Below, one piece after another: positions 26,526 to 39,799 of a stretch of DNA of 64,000 nucleotides. The stretch is from Candidatus Latescibacterota bacterium (lineage in GTDB: Bacteria; Latescibacterota; UBA2968; UBA8231). The stretch spans positions 3,488,001 through 3,552,000 of the forward strand of contig CBDCDC010000002.1 of assembly GCA_965215195.1 (NCBI GenBank). Reading direction: 5' to 3'. The translations under genes were made by a program, and so were the position numbers. Position 1 is the first letter of the stretch, and each line of letters begins with the position of its first letter. The notes beneath the pieces are model-generated. The model saw only the letters and a list, made by a program, of their open reading frames with translations. It did not search any database and had not been told where the DNA came from.

Positions 26526-27654
26526 AAAACACCCGCCTGCCGAGCACCCGGTTTTGCAGCAGCGTCAGCACCAAAATCGCGACGAAGAGTACAAAGGCCA
26601 TCGCCGAGGCATAACCTGCGTTGTGGTACTCAAAAACTTGGTCGAAAATGGCAATACTGAGTACATCGACCGAGTCGCGGGCACCTGGAGTCCGCATGAT
26701 ATAAACGTGGTTAAAGGCTTTGAAGGTCCCAATGACGGCCACCATCGACAAAAAGAACAGGGTTGGTGAGACCAAGGGCAGGGTAATGTGGCGGAAGACT
26801 TGCCATTCGCCAGCACCGTCCATCTCCGCGGCCTCATAGTATTGCTTGGGGATAGCACTGAGACCGGCCAGTAAAATCACCGTGTCGTAGCCGACATAGA
26901 CCCAAATGTTGTAGAAGATGATCGAGGTCAGTGCTAGGCTCGGAAAGAAGCTGTCCACCCACGCGGGGTACGAAGCAAAACCGGCCCCTTGTAGCAACAG
27001 GGCTACGACGGATTTGCTCTCGTAGAGCCAGCGCTGATTCTCCAGGCCCCAAACGCTCCAGAAGCGGTTGGCCAGTGAGGAAGGGTGGGGGCTAAAGATA
27101 GTGCGAAAAACCACGGCTGAGGCGATGATCGGCGTGACATACGGCAGAAAGAATAGCGTGCGAAACGCACCTCTAGCCCGTGCGATCTTGAAGAGCAAAT
27201 ACGCCAGTCCGGTGGCCAAGCTCAGCTGGCACGGGATCGTCCCGACCGCGTAGAAAAACGTGACCTTGAAGCCGTTGTACAGCGCTGGATCGCCCGTCTT
27301 GACTAGGCCACCCAAGCCCTGAGCCAACCCCACCCAAAGCCCCAATAGTGCGACTGCGACCCAAGCGATGCGGACATAACGGGGACGCAGACCGCGCTCA
27401 AATAACGTGGTGCGCAGGCGACAAGCCGCCCAGACGAGGCCGATTCCGGCGACGACAGGCAGCAGGTACTGCGAGTCGCCTACGGCGCGGACATAGTGGT
27501 CGAATCCAACCACCGCTTCCTTCTTGATCCGCCACTTGTGCAGGCTGACGTACAAGGCATAGCCAATGGGGAAGAGTCCAAACGCACCCAGCACGACGAG
27601 TGCCGGCGCGAGGAGGCCCCAAGCAAGCTGTTGTTCTCTGATGCGGGTACTCAT
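26515..27654 (-). CDS. Sugar ABC permease
   Basis: AGLSAIPKQYYEAAEMDGA, ITLPLVSP, GYASA. Confidence 0.9.
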   Translation of the reverse strand: MSTRIREQQLAWGLLAPALVVLGAFGLFPIGYALYVSLHKWRIKKEAVVGFDHYVRAVGDSQYLLPVVAGIGLVWAACRLRTTLFERGLRPRYVRIAWVAVALLGLWVGLAQGLGGLVKTGDPALYNGFKVTFFYAVGTIPCQLSLATGLAYLLFKIARARGAFRTLFFLPYVTPIIASAVVFRTIFSPHPSSLANRFWSVWGLENQRWLYESKSVVALLLQGAGFASYPAWVDSFFPSLALTSIIFYNIWVYVGYDTVILLAGLSAIPKQYYEAAEMDGAGEWQVFRHITLPLVSPTLFFLSMVAVIGTFKAFNHVYIMRTPGARDSVDVLSIAIFDQVFEYHNAGYASAMAFVLFVAILVLTLLQNRVLGRRVFYGD

Positions 27655-27735
27655 CGGCGCGAGATAGTGCTGAGACGAGAGGCCAAATGCGGGGAGAATG
27701 CGGCCTCGTCCCGATTCTCGGTAGGATTTTAGGCC

Positions 27736-27773
27736 AAAAGAAGAAGGCCCCTGAAGCGTTCCCTTCAGGAGCC
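27736..27773 (-). terminator. Rho-independent terminator of the tRNA cluster
   Basis: Minus strand GGCTCCTGAAG-loop-CTTCAGGGGCC followed by TTCTTCTTTT. Confidence 0.7.
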
Positions 27774-27777
27774 GGAT

Positions 27778-27853
27778 TGGCTGCCCCCCTAGGGCTCGAA
27801 CCTAGAACCTCCTGATCCAGAGTCAGGCGCACTTCCAATTGTGCTAGAGGGCA
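27778..27853 (-). tRNA. tRNA-Gln (CTG)
   Basis: Cloverleaf, anticodon arm CCTGA-CT CTG GA-TCAGG, GGTTCGAG T-loop, encoded CCA. Confidence 0.95.
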
Positions 27854-27865
27854 ACTAGCGCAAAT

Positions 27866-27959
<94 letters not shown>

Positions 27960-27980
27960 GCGACCATTGCAAACAAACTT

Positions 27981-28027
27981 TTGACGTGCTCCCACCGCTA
28001 AAGGGATGGGATGTGTGGCGGCATCAA
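27981..28027 (-). mobile_element. Minimal IS200/IS605-type end remnant (PATE-like)
   Basis: Minus strand TTGAT...TCCCATCCCTTTAGCGGTGGGA (hairpin) GCACG TCAA. Confidence 0.55.
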
Positions 28028-28036
28028 ACGGTAAAC

Positions 28037-28123
28037 TGGCGGAGGGTGAGGGACTCGAACCCTCAAGGGCGTGAGCCCGGCGGTTTTCAAGACCGCTGCC
28101 TTACCAATTAGGTCTAACCCTCC
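28037..28123 (-). tRNA. tRNA-Ser (TGA)
   Basis: Anticodon arm GCGGT-CT TGA AA-ACCGC, variable arm, GGTTCGAGTCC, GCCA end. Confidence 0.93.
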
Positions 28124-28163
28124 TTTTCTCGGCGAAAAAATATAAATGAGGCACTATCTTAGG

Positions 28164-30677
28164 TCAACCCGAGGCCTTCTCATCAGCCTCGCCGTTTTCC
28201 CAGCCACTCTCTTCCTCGCTGCTGGGCAGAGGGGCCATGTCGATAACCCGGTCGCCCTCGTCCAGACTGATTACCCGGACTCCTTGGGTATTGCGCCCAA
28301 TGGTGGATATCCCTCGTACGGGTATGCGGATCATAATACCGTTTTGGGTTACCACCATGACCTCTTCTTCGGCTTGGATTTCCCTACAGGCCACTACGGA
28401 GCCATTGCGCAGGGTGGTCTTGATGTCGATGACGCCCTGGCCGCCGCGGTGCTTGCAGGGGTACTCGGCTTGGCTAGTGCGCTTGCCATAGCCGTTTTCG
28501 CAGATGGTTAGCAAGGTGCTGCTCTCGCACACCACGACCATGTCCACAACCTCGTCCCCTTGGCGTAGGCTAATGCCCTTAACGCCAGTAGAAACCCGGC
28601 CCATAGAGCGGACTTCGCTTTCGCTAAAGCGCATAGCTTGGCCGTTCCGCGTCAACAGGGCAATATCCTGCTGTCCGTCGGTAATGGCCGCCCCAATCAG
28701 GTCGTCGTCGTCTTGGATCTTCAGGGCGATAATCCCGTCGCGGCGGATGTTCTGGTAGGCCGAGAGCTTGGTCTTCTTGACAATGCCGTTGCGCGTAGCC
28801 GTGAACAAGTACTGATCGTCGGAGAACTCTTGAACTGGTACGATGGCGCATATTTGGTCGTCTTGCCCGAGCGGCAACAGGTTGACTATCGACCGCCCCT
28901 GAGCCGTGCGGTCGCCTTCGGGTATGCGAAACACCTTGAGCCAGTAGCATTTGCCCTTGGCAGTCAAGAACATGATATAGGAATGAGTCGAAGCTACGAA
29001 GAGGTGTTCGACGAAGTCCTCTTCCTTCGTCTTCATACCCTTCACCCCGCGCCCACCGCGATTCTGTACTCGATAGGCCCTAGGGGGTAGGCGCTTGATA
29101 TAGCCACTGCGCGAGATGGTGACGACCATGTCCTCTTCGGCAATCAAGTCCTCAATGTCGAATTCCTCGGCCGCATAGACGATCTCGGTGCGCCGCTCGT
29201 CGCCGAAGCGCTCGGCGATCTCATCAATCTCGTCCTTGACGATCTGCATCTGCCGCTCTCGGCTGGCGAGGATGCCCCTCTGGTCCTCAATCGCCGTTGC
29301 CAATTCCCTGTACTCGGCCTCAATTTTGTCGCGCTCCAAGCCGGTCAAGCGCTGCAACGGCATGCTTAGGATGGCTTGGATCTGCCGCTCGCTCAACTCG
29401 AATTGCACCACAGCATCAGCATCTGCTGTCGCAGGGCGGATGCGAGCCAGCCGCTCCTGAGCATCTGCAGGACTCGACGAGCGGCGGATGGTCTCAATCA
29501 CTAGGTCAATGTGGTCTAAGGCGATGCGCAGGCCCTCTAGAATGTGCGCCCGAGCTTCGGCTTTCTCCAAGTCGAATTTGGTGCGGCGCACGATCACGTC
29601 GTGGCGGTGATCGATGTAGTGCTGCAGCATCTGCTTGAGGTTGAGCATCTCAGGACGGCCATTGACAATAGCCAACATCATGACCCCGTAGGTAGTCTGC
29701 AACATGCTGTGGCTATAGAGCTGGTTGAGCACGACTTCGGCTTGGGCTTCCCGCTTGCATTCGAATACGATGCGCAGCCCCTTGCGGCCCGACTCATCGC
29801 GGATATTGGCAAGTCCGTCGATGGTTTTGTCGCGCACCAGATCGGCGATTTTCTCTAATAGGCTAGCCTTGTTTACCAAGAAGGGAATTTCGGTGACGAC
29901 GATGTTCTCGCGGCCGTTCTTGAGAGTCTCAATATCCGCCCGCGCTCTGATGTAGATCAGCCCCCTGCCGGCTGCATAGGCCTGCTGTACTCCGCTCATG
30001 CCGTAGATGATTCCGCCAGTGGGAAAATCTGGGGCTTTGACGTGCTCAAGCAGCTCGGCAATGGAAACTTCGGGACGATCGATCAGCGCCTTGAGGCCAC
30101 TGGCGACTTCCCGCAAGTTGTGCGGTGGGACCTTGGTAGCCATGCCTACGGCAATGCCCATTGAGCCGTTGCATAGCAAGTTGGGAAACCTAGACGGCAA
30201 AACTAGGGGCTCTTGTTGAGTCTCGTCGTAGTTGCTGGCGAATTCGACGGTGTTCTTGTCGAGATCCGCTAGAAGCTCCATCGCCGGCCAACTCAGCCTC
30301 GCCTCAGTGTAGCGCATGGCGGCCGGAGGGTAGCCGTCAATTGAACCGAAGTTGCCTTGGCCTTGGACCAGCGGATAGCGCAAGCGAAAGGTCTGCGCCA
30401 TATGCACCAGCGTCGGATAGACAATGCCTTCGCCGTGCGGGTGGTAGTTGCCAGAGGTGTCGCCGGCGATTTTGGCGCATTTGCGGTAGCCGCGATTGGG
30501 AAAAAGGCTCAAGTCGTTCATCGCTACCAAGATGCGGCGTTGAGACGGCTTGAGACCATCGCGGACATCGGGTAGAGCACGCGACAGGATGAAGCTCATT
30601 GAATAGTCGAGGAAGGAAGTCTTGAGCTCCTCCTCAATTTTGACCCGAATGACCCGGCTTTCCTGCTGTTCGAGCAT
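28164..30677 (-). CDS. gyrA: DNA gyrase subunit A
   Basis: [24 protein letters not shown], GyrA-box QNRGGRG, C-terminal pinwheel repeats. Confidence 0.97.
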   Translation of the reverse strand: MLEQQESRVIRVKIEEELKTSFLDYSMSFILSRALPDVRDGLKPSQRRILVAMNDLSLFPNRGYRKCAKIAGDTSGNYHPHGEGIVYPTLVHMAQTFRLRYPLVQGQGNFGSIDGYPPAAMRYTEARLSWPAMELLADLDKNTVEFASNYDETQQEPLVLPSRFPNLLCNGSMGIAVGMATKVPPHNLREVASGLKALIDRPEVSIAELLEHVKAPDFPTGGIIYGMSGVQQAYAAGRGLIYIRARADIETLKNGRENIVVTEIPFLVNKASLLEKIADLVRDKTIDGLANIRDESGRKGLRIVFECKREAQAEVVLNQLYSHSMLQTTYGVMMLAIVNGRPEMLNLKQMLQHYIDHRHDVIVRRTKFDLEKAEARAHILEGLRIALDHIDLVIETIRRSSSPADAQERLARIRPATADADAVVQFELSERQIQAILSMPLQRLTGLERDKIEAEYRELATAIEDQRGILASRERQMQIVKDEIDEIAERFGDERRTEIVYAAEEFDIEDLIAEEDMVVTISRSGYIKRLPPRAYRVQNRGGRGVKGMKTKEEDFVEHLFVASTHSYIMFLTAKGKCYWLKVFRIPEGDRTAQGRSIVNLLPLGQDDQICAIVPVQEFSDDQYLFTATRNGIVKKTKLSAYQNIRRDGIIALKIQDDDDLIGAAITDGQQDIALLTRNGQAMRFSESEVRSMGRVSTGVKGISLRQGDEVVDMVVVCESSTLLTICENGYGKRTSQAEYPCKHRGGQGVIDIKTTLRNGSVVACREIQAEEEVMVVTQNGIMIRIPVRGISTIGRNTQGVRVISLDEGDRVIDMAPLPSSEEESGWENGEADEKASG

Positions 30678-30706
30678 TAATTAAATCCTAGCTTTAGCTT
30701 TGTAGT

Positions 30707-32998
<2,292 letters not shown>

Positions 32999-33024
<26 letters not shown>

Positions 33025-34090
33025 AACGGGCTACCTGTCTCGTATTAGGCTCTTGCGGGGTCGTCGCTATGACCTGTTCAAATTCACCAATTATGTCCAA
33101 TAGTTCTCCTATCCGGCCAGAGTCCAACTCTGAAAAGGCATCATCTAAGAGCAGTACGGGCTGCCGACCCGTTTGCTCCTCCATGTAACGAGCCTCAGCC
33201 AGCTTCCACGCTATGAGTACGGTTCTTAGCTGCCCCTCAGAGGCATAGAGATCGGCCTGTTCTTTATTCAACGTGAATTTCAAATCGTCGCGGTGTGGCC
33301 CACAGAGCGTATGTCCTATTTGAGCCTCCTGTTCCCTGCGGCGACTAAGTGCTTCGCGCAATTCGGCTCTAAGGCCCTCCAGATCCTGCTCCTTGGGACC
33401 TTGATAGACAACGGCGGCCGCTTCGCCTTGGCCGGTGGCGAAGCGGCCGTAATAGCGGACAAAGGGCGCACTCAACTTATTCAGCGCATCCAAGCGATAT
33501 AGTCGAAGTTGGGCACCCAAATCCACTAGCTGGGCATTCCATGGTTCCATTACTTGACTATCGACAAGCCCGCGTCTCGACTTCTTTGCGGTGCGCAACA
33601 AGTGGTTTCTCTGGGCTAACACGCGGTAATAGTGCTGCATATATCGCAAGTACGCTGCGCTAGACTGGGCGATAAGTATGTCGAGGAGCCGCCTTCGCTG
33701 GGCTGGGAAGCGCAGTACCAAGGATACGTCTTCGGGAGAGAAGTGAACTGTGCGGAAGGTACCCAGCAACTCCGATACTCGGGGCAAGGGACTGGCATCA
33801 GCAAATGCCTTCTTGCCTTCTTTCTTACTGTAAAAGACGCGTAATTGCTGGTCGTGGCGACCATCAGTACACAAGGCTCTGATATCAAAGAAATCCTCGC
33901 CGTGCGGCACGACGTGTTGATCCTTGGCCCCGCGCACTGACTTACCGATAGATAGGTAGGAAATCGCTTCTAGGATATTGCTTTTACCGCGGCCGTTTGG
34001 ACCAAAAATCAGCACGTGATTTGCTGCAAAGCTCAAGCGAATCGCGGCAAAATTGCGGAAGGGTCTAAGCGTTAATTCACGGATCCGCAC
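32999..34090 (-). CDS. recF: DNA replication/repair protein RecF
   Basis: GPNGRGKSNILEAI, GPHRDDL, SEGQ, LLLDDAFSELD. Confidence 0.95.
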
Positions 34091-34104
34091 TAGGCCTGCT
34101 TACC

Positions 34105-35268
34105 TCATCCTGTCGGCCGCAAGGGCATTAGCAAGCAGAAATAGTCCTCACCTTCCTTTTGTTCCACCGGTCGCAACAGGGCTGCTGTAACGTGGTCACT
34201 GAGCTCGAAACAGACCTCGGGCGCGTCCATTCTGCGCAGGATCTCCATCAGATACTGGGCGTTGTAGCCAACCTCTATCTCTTCAGAGGCGTATTGGGCC
34301 GGAACGACCTCCCTCGCTTCGCCACCTATTTCGGGGCTGGCGGCCGATAGCTCCACTTGGCCACTGTTTAGCTTAAAACGCACTTGACGCGTGTAGGAAC
34401 TGGAGAGGATGGATACCCGGCGGACGGCCGGCAGAAGAGCTTCGCTAGCTATTCTTAGTTCTTTTTCGTTATTTTGAGGAATGACTTGGTCATAGTTGAC
34501 ATAAGGTCCCTCGATCAGACGCGACAGCAAATGCGTATGTCCTATATCAAACAGTATCTGCGTCTCGCCTAGCGTGACGTTGACCGGCCCTTTATGGCTA
34601 CCCAGCAACTTGACGATCTGGTTCAACGCTTGGGGAGGGACGATGACCGCGGTCTCTTGGTCGCCCTGTACCTGATCCTGTAGAGCTATGTCTTTTTTGC
34701 AACAGGCTAAGCGCGACCCGTCGGTAGCCACCATCTTCATTCCCTCGGCATCGATGCGCCAGAGTACCCCGTTGAACACTGGTCGCGTATCATCCCCGGA
34801 GACGGCGAAGGCCGTCTTGTTGATCATGGCTACCAGAACATGGGTCTCGGCTTCGTCCTCTCCCAAACTCAGGCTTACGCCATCGAGGGCTGTCGGCATA
34901 TTCGGGAACTCTTTAGCCTCTATTCCCGACAGGCTATACGCTCCTTCGCTGCTCTCGGCGTCCCCGAGCCGCCCTGAGAGCTTGAGTCGCTCGTCCTGCA
35001 CCTCAATACTCAGTTCCGCCTCAGGCCATTCTCGGGTGATTTCTGCCAGCTTGCGGGCCGAAACAGTCGTCCTCCCTTCCTCTTCCACTATCGCAGGGAC
35101 TTGAGTCCGGATGGACAAATCTAAATCCGTCGCAGATAGAGATAGGGTTCTCTCATCGGCTTCAAGCAGAATATTGGCCAACACTGGTAGGGAGGGCTTT
35201 GAAGACACGGCTTCTAATACAGTATCAATGCCCCGCCATAACTCATTGCGATCTACTCTTAACTTCAT
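34105..35268 (-). CDS. dnaN: DNA polymerase III beta clamp
   Basis: ATDLD, TAFAVS..TRP, VATDGSRL, SRLIEG.Y.NY, LLMPLR. Confidence 0.96.
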   Translation of the reverse strand: MKLRVDRNELWRGIDTVLEAVSSKPSLPVLANILLEADERTLSLSATDLDLSIRTQVPAIVEEEGRTTVSARKLAEITREWPEAELSIEVQDERLKLSGRLGDAESSEGAYSLSGIEAKEFPNMPTALDGVSLSLGEDEAETHVLVAMINKTAFAVSGDDTRPVFNGVLWRIDAEGMKMVATDGSRLACCKKDIALQDQVQGDQETAVIVPPQALNQIVKLLGSHKGPVNVTLGETQILFDIGHTHLLSRLIEGPYVNYDQVIPQNNEKELRIASEALLPAVRRVSILSSSYTRQVRFKLNSGQVELSAASPEIGGEAREVVPAQYASEEIEVGYNAQYLMEILRRMDAPEVCFELSDHVTAALLRPVEQKEGEDYFCLLMPLRPTG

Positions 35269-35269
35269 A

Positions 35270-35828
35270 AAGCTTCTCGGATTATCCTTTTGAGAACATT
35301 GTAGAAACTTAAATAAAGTTAGGTTTTATACCTATTTATGTCAAGCAATTTTACATATACATTATATATAGTGTCCCATTTTTAACACAAAATAGAACAT
35401 AAGAGCAGGTGTGTAAAAAAATAAGAATAGTGTGTGTGTTTAAGAGAAAATAACCCACACCAGTCTTTCCAATAAAACTACACTTTTTTGTGTTCTTTTG
35501 TTTTAGTGGTTCTAGTTGTGGTGTGGATATGTGGATAACTGTCTTAGGAATTTATTTCTATGTGATAAAACATATTGTTAATGAAATACTTATATTATAA
35601 ATGGGAAACTTTGCAGTAGGCATTCATCTGTGGATTGTGGAGTGGAAAGATCAGGTTTTTCACACGCAAGAGGTTAAAAATGACGGTTTTCTTTTTTGTT
35701 CAGACTTATCCACATTGAATCAATACCTAGGCGGGGATAGATGTTAATAGTTTTCCACTGACAAATAGGCACTATGGTAGTGAAAAATACAGACTAAGAG
35801 GACCGAGAGAACTAAAGATGGGGATGGC
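35270..35828. other. oriC: Replication origin oriC (dnaA-dnaN intergenic)
   Basis: AT-rich 560 bp. Perfect DnaA boxes TGTGGATAA 35530-38 and TTATCCACA 35706-14; near-matches at 35451, 35522, 35629, 35751. Gene orientation switches strand nearby. Confidence 0.88.
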
Positions 35829-37220
35829 CTAGCGGTTTTGCCGGCGGATGGTATTGGACAAATCCTCGATTTGTCTGGCGAAGGCGGGATCGTTTTTATA
35901 CTTCGCCTCAACCGTGCGTACAGCGTGGATGACCGTGCTGTGATCGCGGTTGCCGAAGTGCAGGCCGATGGTAGTGAAGTGGCTGCCGATGAGACTCCTG
36001 ACTAGAAACATAGCAATGTGTCGTGCCCTTACCACGTCTTGCTTGCGTCCTTTTCCAGTGAGTTGCTCCTGAGTCAGATTAAAGTGATCGGCAACGTGCT
36101 GTTGGATCGCCTCAATGCTCAGTTCCGCTAGGCTGGGGCCCTGTTCTTGTATAATATGCTTGGCCGCCTCTAGGTCGAGTTCCTTCTGATGGATTGAGCA
36201 GTAGGCCATTAAGCTAATCAACGTACCTTCGAGTTCGCGGACATTCGATCGGATGTGATTGCCCAACAGAGCCGCCACATCATCGGGAATCCGTATGCCG
36301 TTGCGCTCGGCCTTCTTGTGGAGAATGGCAATCCGGGTCTCGAGCTCGGGCGTATCTATTGCGGTGGACAGACCCCATATGAAGCGGGATTTCAGCCTTT
36401 CTTCTAACCCATCGAGATGGCCGGGAGGACTGTCACAGGTCATGACAATCTGCTTTTCGGACTGGTGCAAGGCATTAAAGGTGTGAAAGAACTCATTTTG
36501 GGTCTGTTCGCCGTGGAGCAGAAACTGGATGTCATCGATGAGGAGGATGTCCACGCTGCGATAAAAGTTCTGAAATTCACTGGCGGTCTTGGAGCGTATT
36601 GATTGGATGAAATCGCTCATAAACTTTTCCGAGGGGACGTAAACGACCTTCTCGGCGAGGTTGAGGTTATGAGCGTGATGCCCAATCGCTTGCAACAGGT
36701 GCGTTTTGCCTAGTCCTACCCCTCCATAGATCACGAGGGGATTGAATTCCGTCTTACCCGGGGCATTGGCTACGGCTAATGCCGTTGCATAGGCAAATCG
36801 ATTGCTAGCACCAGTGATGAATTCTTCAAAGGTATAGCGCTTGTTTAGCGATTGGGCGGGAGTTGCTTCTATTTTTTTTTGTTCATCTTCTATGGTTTCT
36901 CCTTCATTCGCAGGTAAGCCCTGCTCAATAGGGAGTACTCGATCTCTACTAGGTTGGGGTGCTTGTGCAACGACAAAGGATATCTTTGGAGTCAGTGCTG
37001 TCTCTTCCCGTACTACTGATCGGATCATCTGCAAGTAGTTCTCCTCTATCCAAGCGGCAGAAAATGCGCTGGGAACTTGGATGACCAACAAGTCTTCGTC
37101 GAAGCGGATTACTGAAGTCTGGCTAAACCAATTAGCAAAACTCTGGGGACGGACTTGACGCTCTATGTTGAGCAGACATTGAGCCCAGAGTTCTTGGGGA
37201 TCCTGTATATTCAGCACCAT
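35829..37220 (-). CDS. dnaA: Chromosomal replication initiator DnaA
   Basis: YGGVGLGKTHLL, LLIDDIQF, FFHTFN, SNVRELEG, RDHSTV. Confidence 0.97.
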   Translation of the reverse strand: MVLNIQDPQELWAQCLLNIERQVRPQSFANWFSQTSVIRFDEDLLVIQVPSAFSAAWIEENYLQMIRSVVREETALTPKISFVVAQAPQPSRDRVLPIEQGLPANEGETIEDEQKKIEATPAQSLNKRYTFEEFITGASNRFAYATALAVANAPGKTEFNPLVIYGGVGLGKTHLLQAIGHHAHNLNLAEKVVYVPSEKFMSDFIQSIRSKTASEFQNFYRSVDILLIDDIQFLLHGEQTQNEFFHTFNALHQSEKQIVMTCDSPPGHLDGLEERLKSRFIWGLSTAIDTPELETRIAILHKKAERNGIRIPDDVAALLGNHIRSNVRELEGTLISLMAYCSIHQKELDLEAAKHIIQEQGPSLAELSIEAIQQHVADHFNLTQEQLTGKGRKQDVVRARHIAMFLVRSLIGSHFTTIGLHFGNRDHSTVIHAVRTVEAKYKNDPAFARQIEDLSNTIRRQNR

Positions 37221-37259
37221 TTATTAAAGCGGAGGTCGCAATTTTTAAGGGGGATTTTC

Positions 37260-37288
37260 AACCTATAAAGAAGGCATATGGCAGTCAA
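37260..37288 (-). promoter_or_regulatory. Putative sigma70 promoter of dnaA
   Basis: TTGACT-17 nt-TAGGTT on the minus strand. Confidence 0.45.
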
Positions 37289-37341
37289 GAGTCTCCCTCG
37301 GGGTTGCCATTGAAATTCGTTAGCGTTCAAAGAGTTAAGTA

Positions 37342-37370
37342 TTGACACCAATTAGCATAGCCACTAAATT
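37342..37370 (+). promoter_or_regulatory. sigma70 promoter of the rpmH operon
   Basis: TTGACA-17 nt-TAAATT. Confidence 0.6.
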
Positions 37371-37421
37371 GAACCGTTTCTACGTATGCTGCGCATAACT
37401 AACGCGAGGTGGAATTTTATT

Positions 37422-37556
37422 TTGAAACGCACTTTTCAGCCTAGCAACAGGCGTCGCCGCAACAAGCACGGCTTTCGCAAGCGCATGAGCACTCCGGCCG
37501 GTCGCAATATCATCAATCGTCGTCGTCGGAAGGGCCGCAAGCAGTTAGCAGTCTAG
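37422..37556 (+). CDS. rpmH: 50S ribosomal protein L34
   Basis: TTG start after [51 protein letters not shown]; below the ORF-track cutoff. Confidence 0.97.
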   Translation: MKRTFQPSNRRRRNKHGFRKRMSTPAGRNIINRRRRKGRKQLAV

Positions 37557-37562
37557 CGTTTA

Positions 37563-37835
37563 GTGGCTGCTTGGGTTAGAGGCCGCTGCTTTTGGATCCG
37601 CTGCGGTCGAGAAGATCGCGGTCAAATTTTTGTCGTCCGACGCAAACTGGGCAATGCTGTAAAGCGCAATCGGCTCAAGCGGCGCCTGCGCAGCATTTGC
37701 CGAAGTCGCCCGTACTTTCCTCGTAGTCTAGTCGTCTTCTGCCAACCGTCAGCCATCGAAGCTCCCTTTGCTGACTTGGAAAGGGAACTGGACTCCTTGG
37801 TAGCAAAAATCCCTATTTCTCTTGTCCCACGATGA
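37563..37835 (+). CDS. rnpA: RNase P protein component (short)
   Basis: RNR motif [16 protein letters not shown]; position between rpmH and yidD. Confidence 0.85.
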   Translation: MAAWVRGRCFWIRCGREDRGQIFVVRRKLGNAVKRNRLKRRLRSICRSRPYFPRSLVVFCQPSAIEAPFADLERELDSLVAKIPISLVPR

Positions 37836-38041
37836 AGCAAATCGCCATTTTCCTCGTCCGCGCCTACCGCCTTCTCCTGTCTCCATACCTTCCCCCATCC
37901 TGTCGTTATCGACCTACTTGTTCCCAATATGCCGAAGAAGCACTAGATAAGTACGGGCCATTCAAAGGCGGGATGCTTGCGCTAAAGCGAATTAGTCGAT
38001 GCCATCCTTGGGGAGGGCATGGATTTGATCCTTTGCGCTAG
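37832..38041 (+). CDS. yidD: Membrane protein insertion efficiency factor YidD
   Basis: [29 protein letters not shown]. Confidence 0.95.
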   Translation: MKQIAIFLVRAYRLLLSPYLPPSCRYRPTCSQYAEEALDKYGPFKGGMLALKRISRCHPWGGHGFDPLR

Positions 38042-38086
38042 TCGTATGTTAATAACATGTTGTTTATAAAAGGGTAAGTAAAACCT

Positions 38087-39799
38087 ATGGAAGATAAGCG
38101 GACCCTGTTGGCCTTTCTCTTTATCGGCCTGATTTTCCTCTTGCTTCCCTACTACAATGAATGGATGGGGCTCAATCCTAAGCCTCAGTCTCCGTCTCAG
38201 GCACCCGTGCAGCAAAAGCCGGTGCCTGAAACAGAACCTGTTGCTGACGAGCAATCTGAGGCCGAGCACCTACGAGATCCCGAGCCTACGGAACAGTTCC
38301 ACTCGGAAAGGCCAGCACCCGTTAAGCCTCGGGGCATTGAAAGGGTCGAATCGGCCGAAAGTCCGTCCTTTACCCCGGAAGAAATTGTAGTGCAAACTCC
38401 GCTTCAGAGCTTTGTTATCTCTACAAAGGGCGGTACTATTATATCGTGTAAACTCTTAAAATACAGATACGTAGATGGAAGTACTGTCGAACTGCTACCT
38501 CCAACCGGCAGCGGCTTGGGAATTCATCTACAAAGAGCGAACGACCGGAAGGATATTTCCTCGGCGGAGTTTGTTGCCAACCTGTCGAGTCTGCAGGTTG
38601 GCCCCGGTGAAGAGCGCTCCTTAATTATGGTGGCCCAACTCGGTGGCGGCAAGAGACTGGAAAAGGTATTGACCTTTAATGGGGATCGCTATGGATTCGA
38701 ACTCCAAGTGCGCCACGAAGGGTTTGACGACGATACCGAAGCCATACTCACTTGGGAACGTGGCATAGCATTTACCGAGCACGAGCCGGAAATTGACCTA
38801 CCCGAAATGCGTACTTTCGCCTATATAAACGAAGAACGGGTCGAACTCAAGGTAGATGATGGGGAAACGGACGAATTGGAGGACAAAGGATTGCTAAAAT
38901 GGGCGGGTATTCGCAACAAGTACTTCTTGATTTCCTGCGTCCCCGCCGATAGAGAGCAGCGTTCCCGCGTCGTCCTACAGGGCAATCACCAAGGATCGAA
39001 TTTGCTGCCCGACTATTCTTTTCAAATAGGTCGGCGACTCGAACGGTCTATTTCTTGGAATAACACCATTTATCTAGGTCCACTCAACTACGACGAGCTC
39101 ATCGGCTATGAGGCTGAACTAGAGCAGGCCATTGATTTCGGATGGCCGATCGTAAGTCAAATAAGCCGCTTTCTTCTTATTCTATTCATAGCGACGTATC
39201 AATATATCCCCAATTATGGTTGGATCATCGTCCTTTTCGCCGTTGTTATCAAGATTCTCGTCTATCCGCTTACGCACAAAACGTATGAATCTGCGGCGAA
39301 AATGCAGGAGATTCAGCCGAAAATTGCTGCACTACGCGAGAAGTACAAGAACGACAATCAACGCCTGAGCCGCGAAACCATGAAGCTCTATAAAGAAGAA
39401 GGAGTCAATCCTCTTGGGGGGTGTCTGCCTCTCTTGTTGCAGATGCCCATTTTCATTGCGCTTTATAATCTTTTTGGCAAAACAATCGAGTTGCGCCAGG
39501 CACCCTTTACTCTTTGGATACAGGATCTCTCCCTGCCTGACGAGTTGCTGATCGGCGGTTTTGGTCTTCACATTCTGCCATTATTAATGGCCGTCTCCAT
39601 GCTCGTCCAACAGAAGATGACTATGAAGGACCCCAAGCAGGCCGTTCTAGTTTACATGATGCCAGTACTGATGATTTTTATCTTTTGGAGCATGTCGTCG
39701 GGATTAGTGCTATACTGGACTACCTTCAATGTCCTGACCATTGGCCAGCAGCTATTGGTCAATCACTTTAAGAAAAAAGCCGCTCCTTCCAGCCCTTGA
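38087..39799 (+). CDS. yidC: Membrane protein insertase YidC
   Basis: IDFGW, NYGWII, NPLGGCLPLLLQMPIF, GLVLYW. Confidence 0.96.
   Translation: MEDKRTLLAFLFIGLIFLLLPYYNEWMGLNPKPQSPSQAPVQQKPVPETEPVADEQSEAEHLRDPEPTEQFHSERPAPVKPRGIERVESAESPSFTPEEIVVQTPLQSFVISTKGGTIISCKLLKYRYVDGSTVELLPPTGSGLGIHLQRANDRKDISSAEFVANLSSLQVGPGEERSLIMVAQLGGGKRLEKVLTFNGDRYGFELQVRHEGFDDDTEAILTWERGIAFTEHEPEIDLPEMRTFAYINEERVELKVDDGETDELEDKGLLKWAGIRNKYFLISCVPADREQRSRVVLQGNHQGSNLLPDYSFQIGRRLERSISWNNTIYLGPLNYDELIGYEAELEQAIDFGWPIVSQISRFLLILFIATYQYIPNYGWIIVLFAVVIKILVYPLTHKTYESAAKMQEIQPKIAALREKYKNDNQRLSRETMKLYKEEGVNPLGGCLPLLLQMPIFIALYNLFGKTIELRQAPFTLWIQDLSLPDELLIGGFGLHILPLLMAVSMLVQQKMTMKDPKQAVLVYMMPVLMIFIFWSMSSGLVLYWTTFNVLTIGQQLLVNHFKKKAAPSSP

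Noticed and set aside
27660-27715. Hairpin upstream of the sugar ABC operon as a riboswitch
   Set aside because: It is a single stem-loop with no recognisable aptamer or expression platform.
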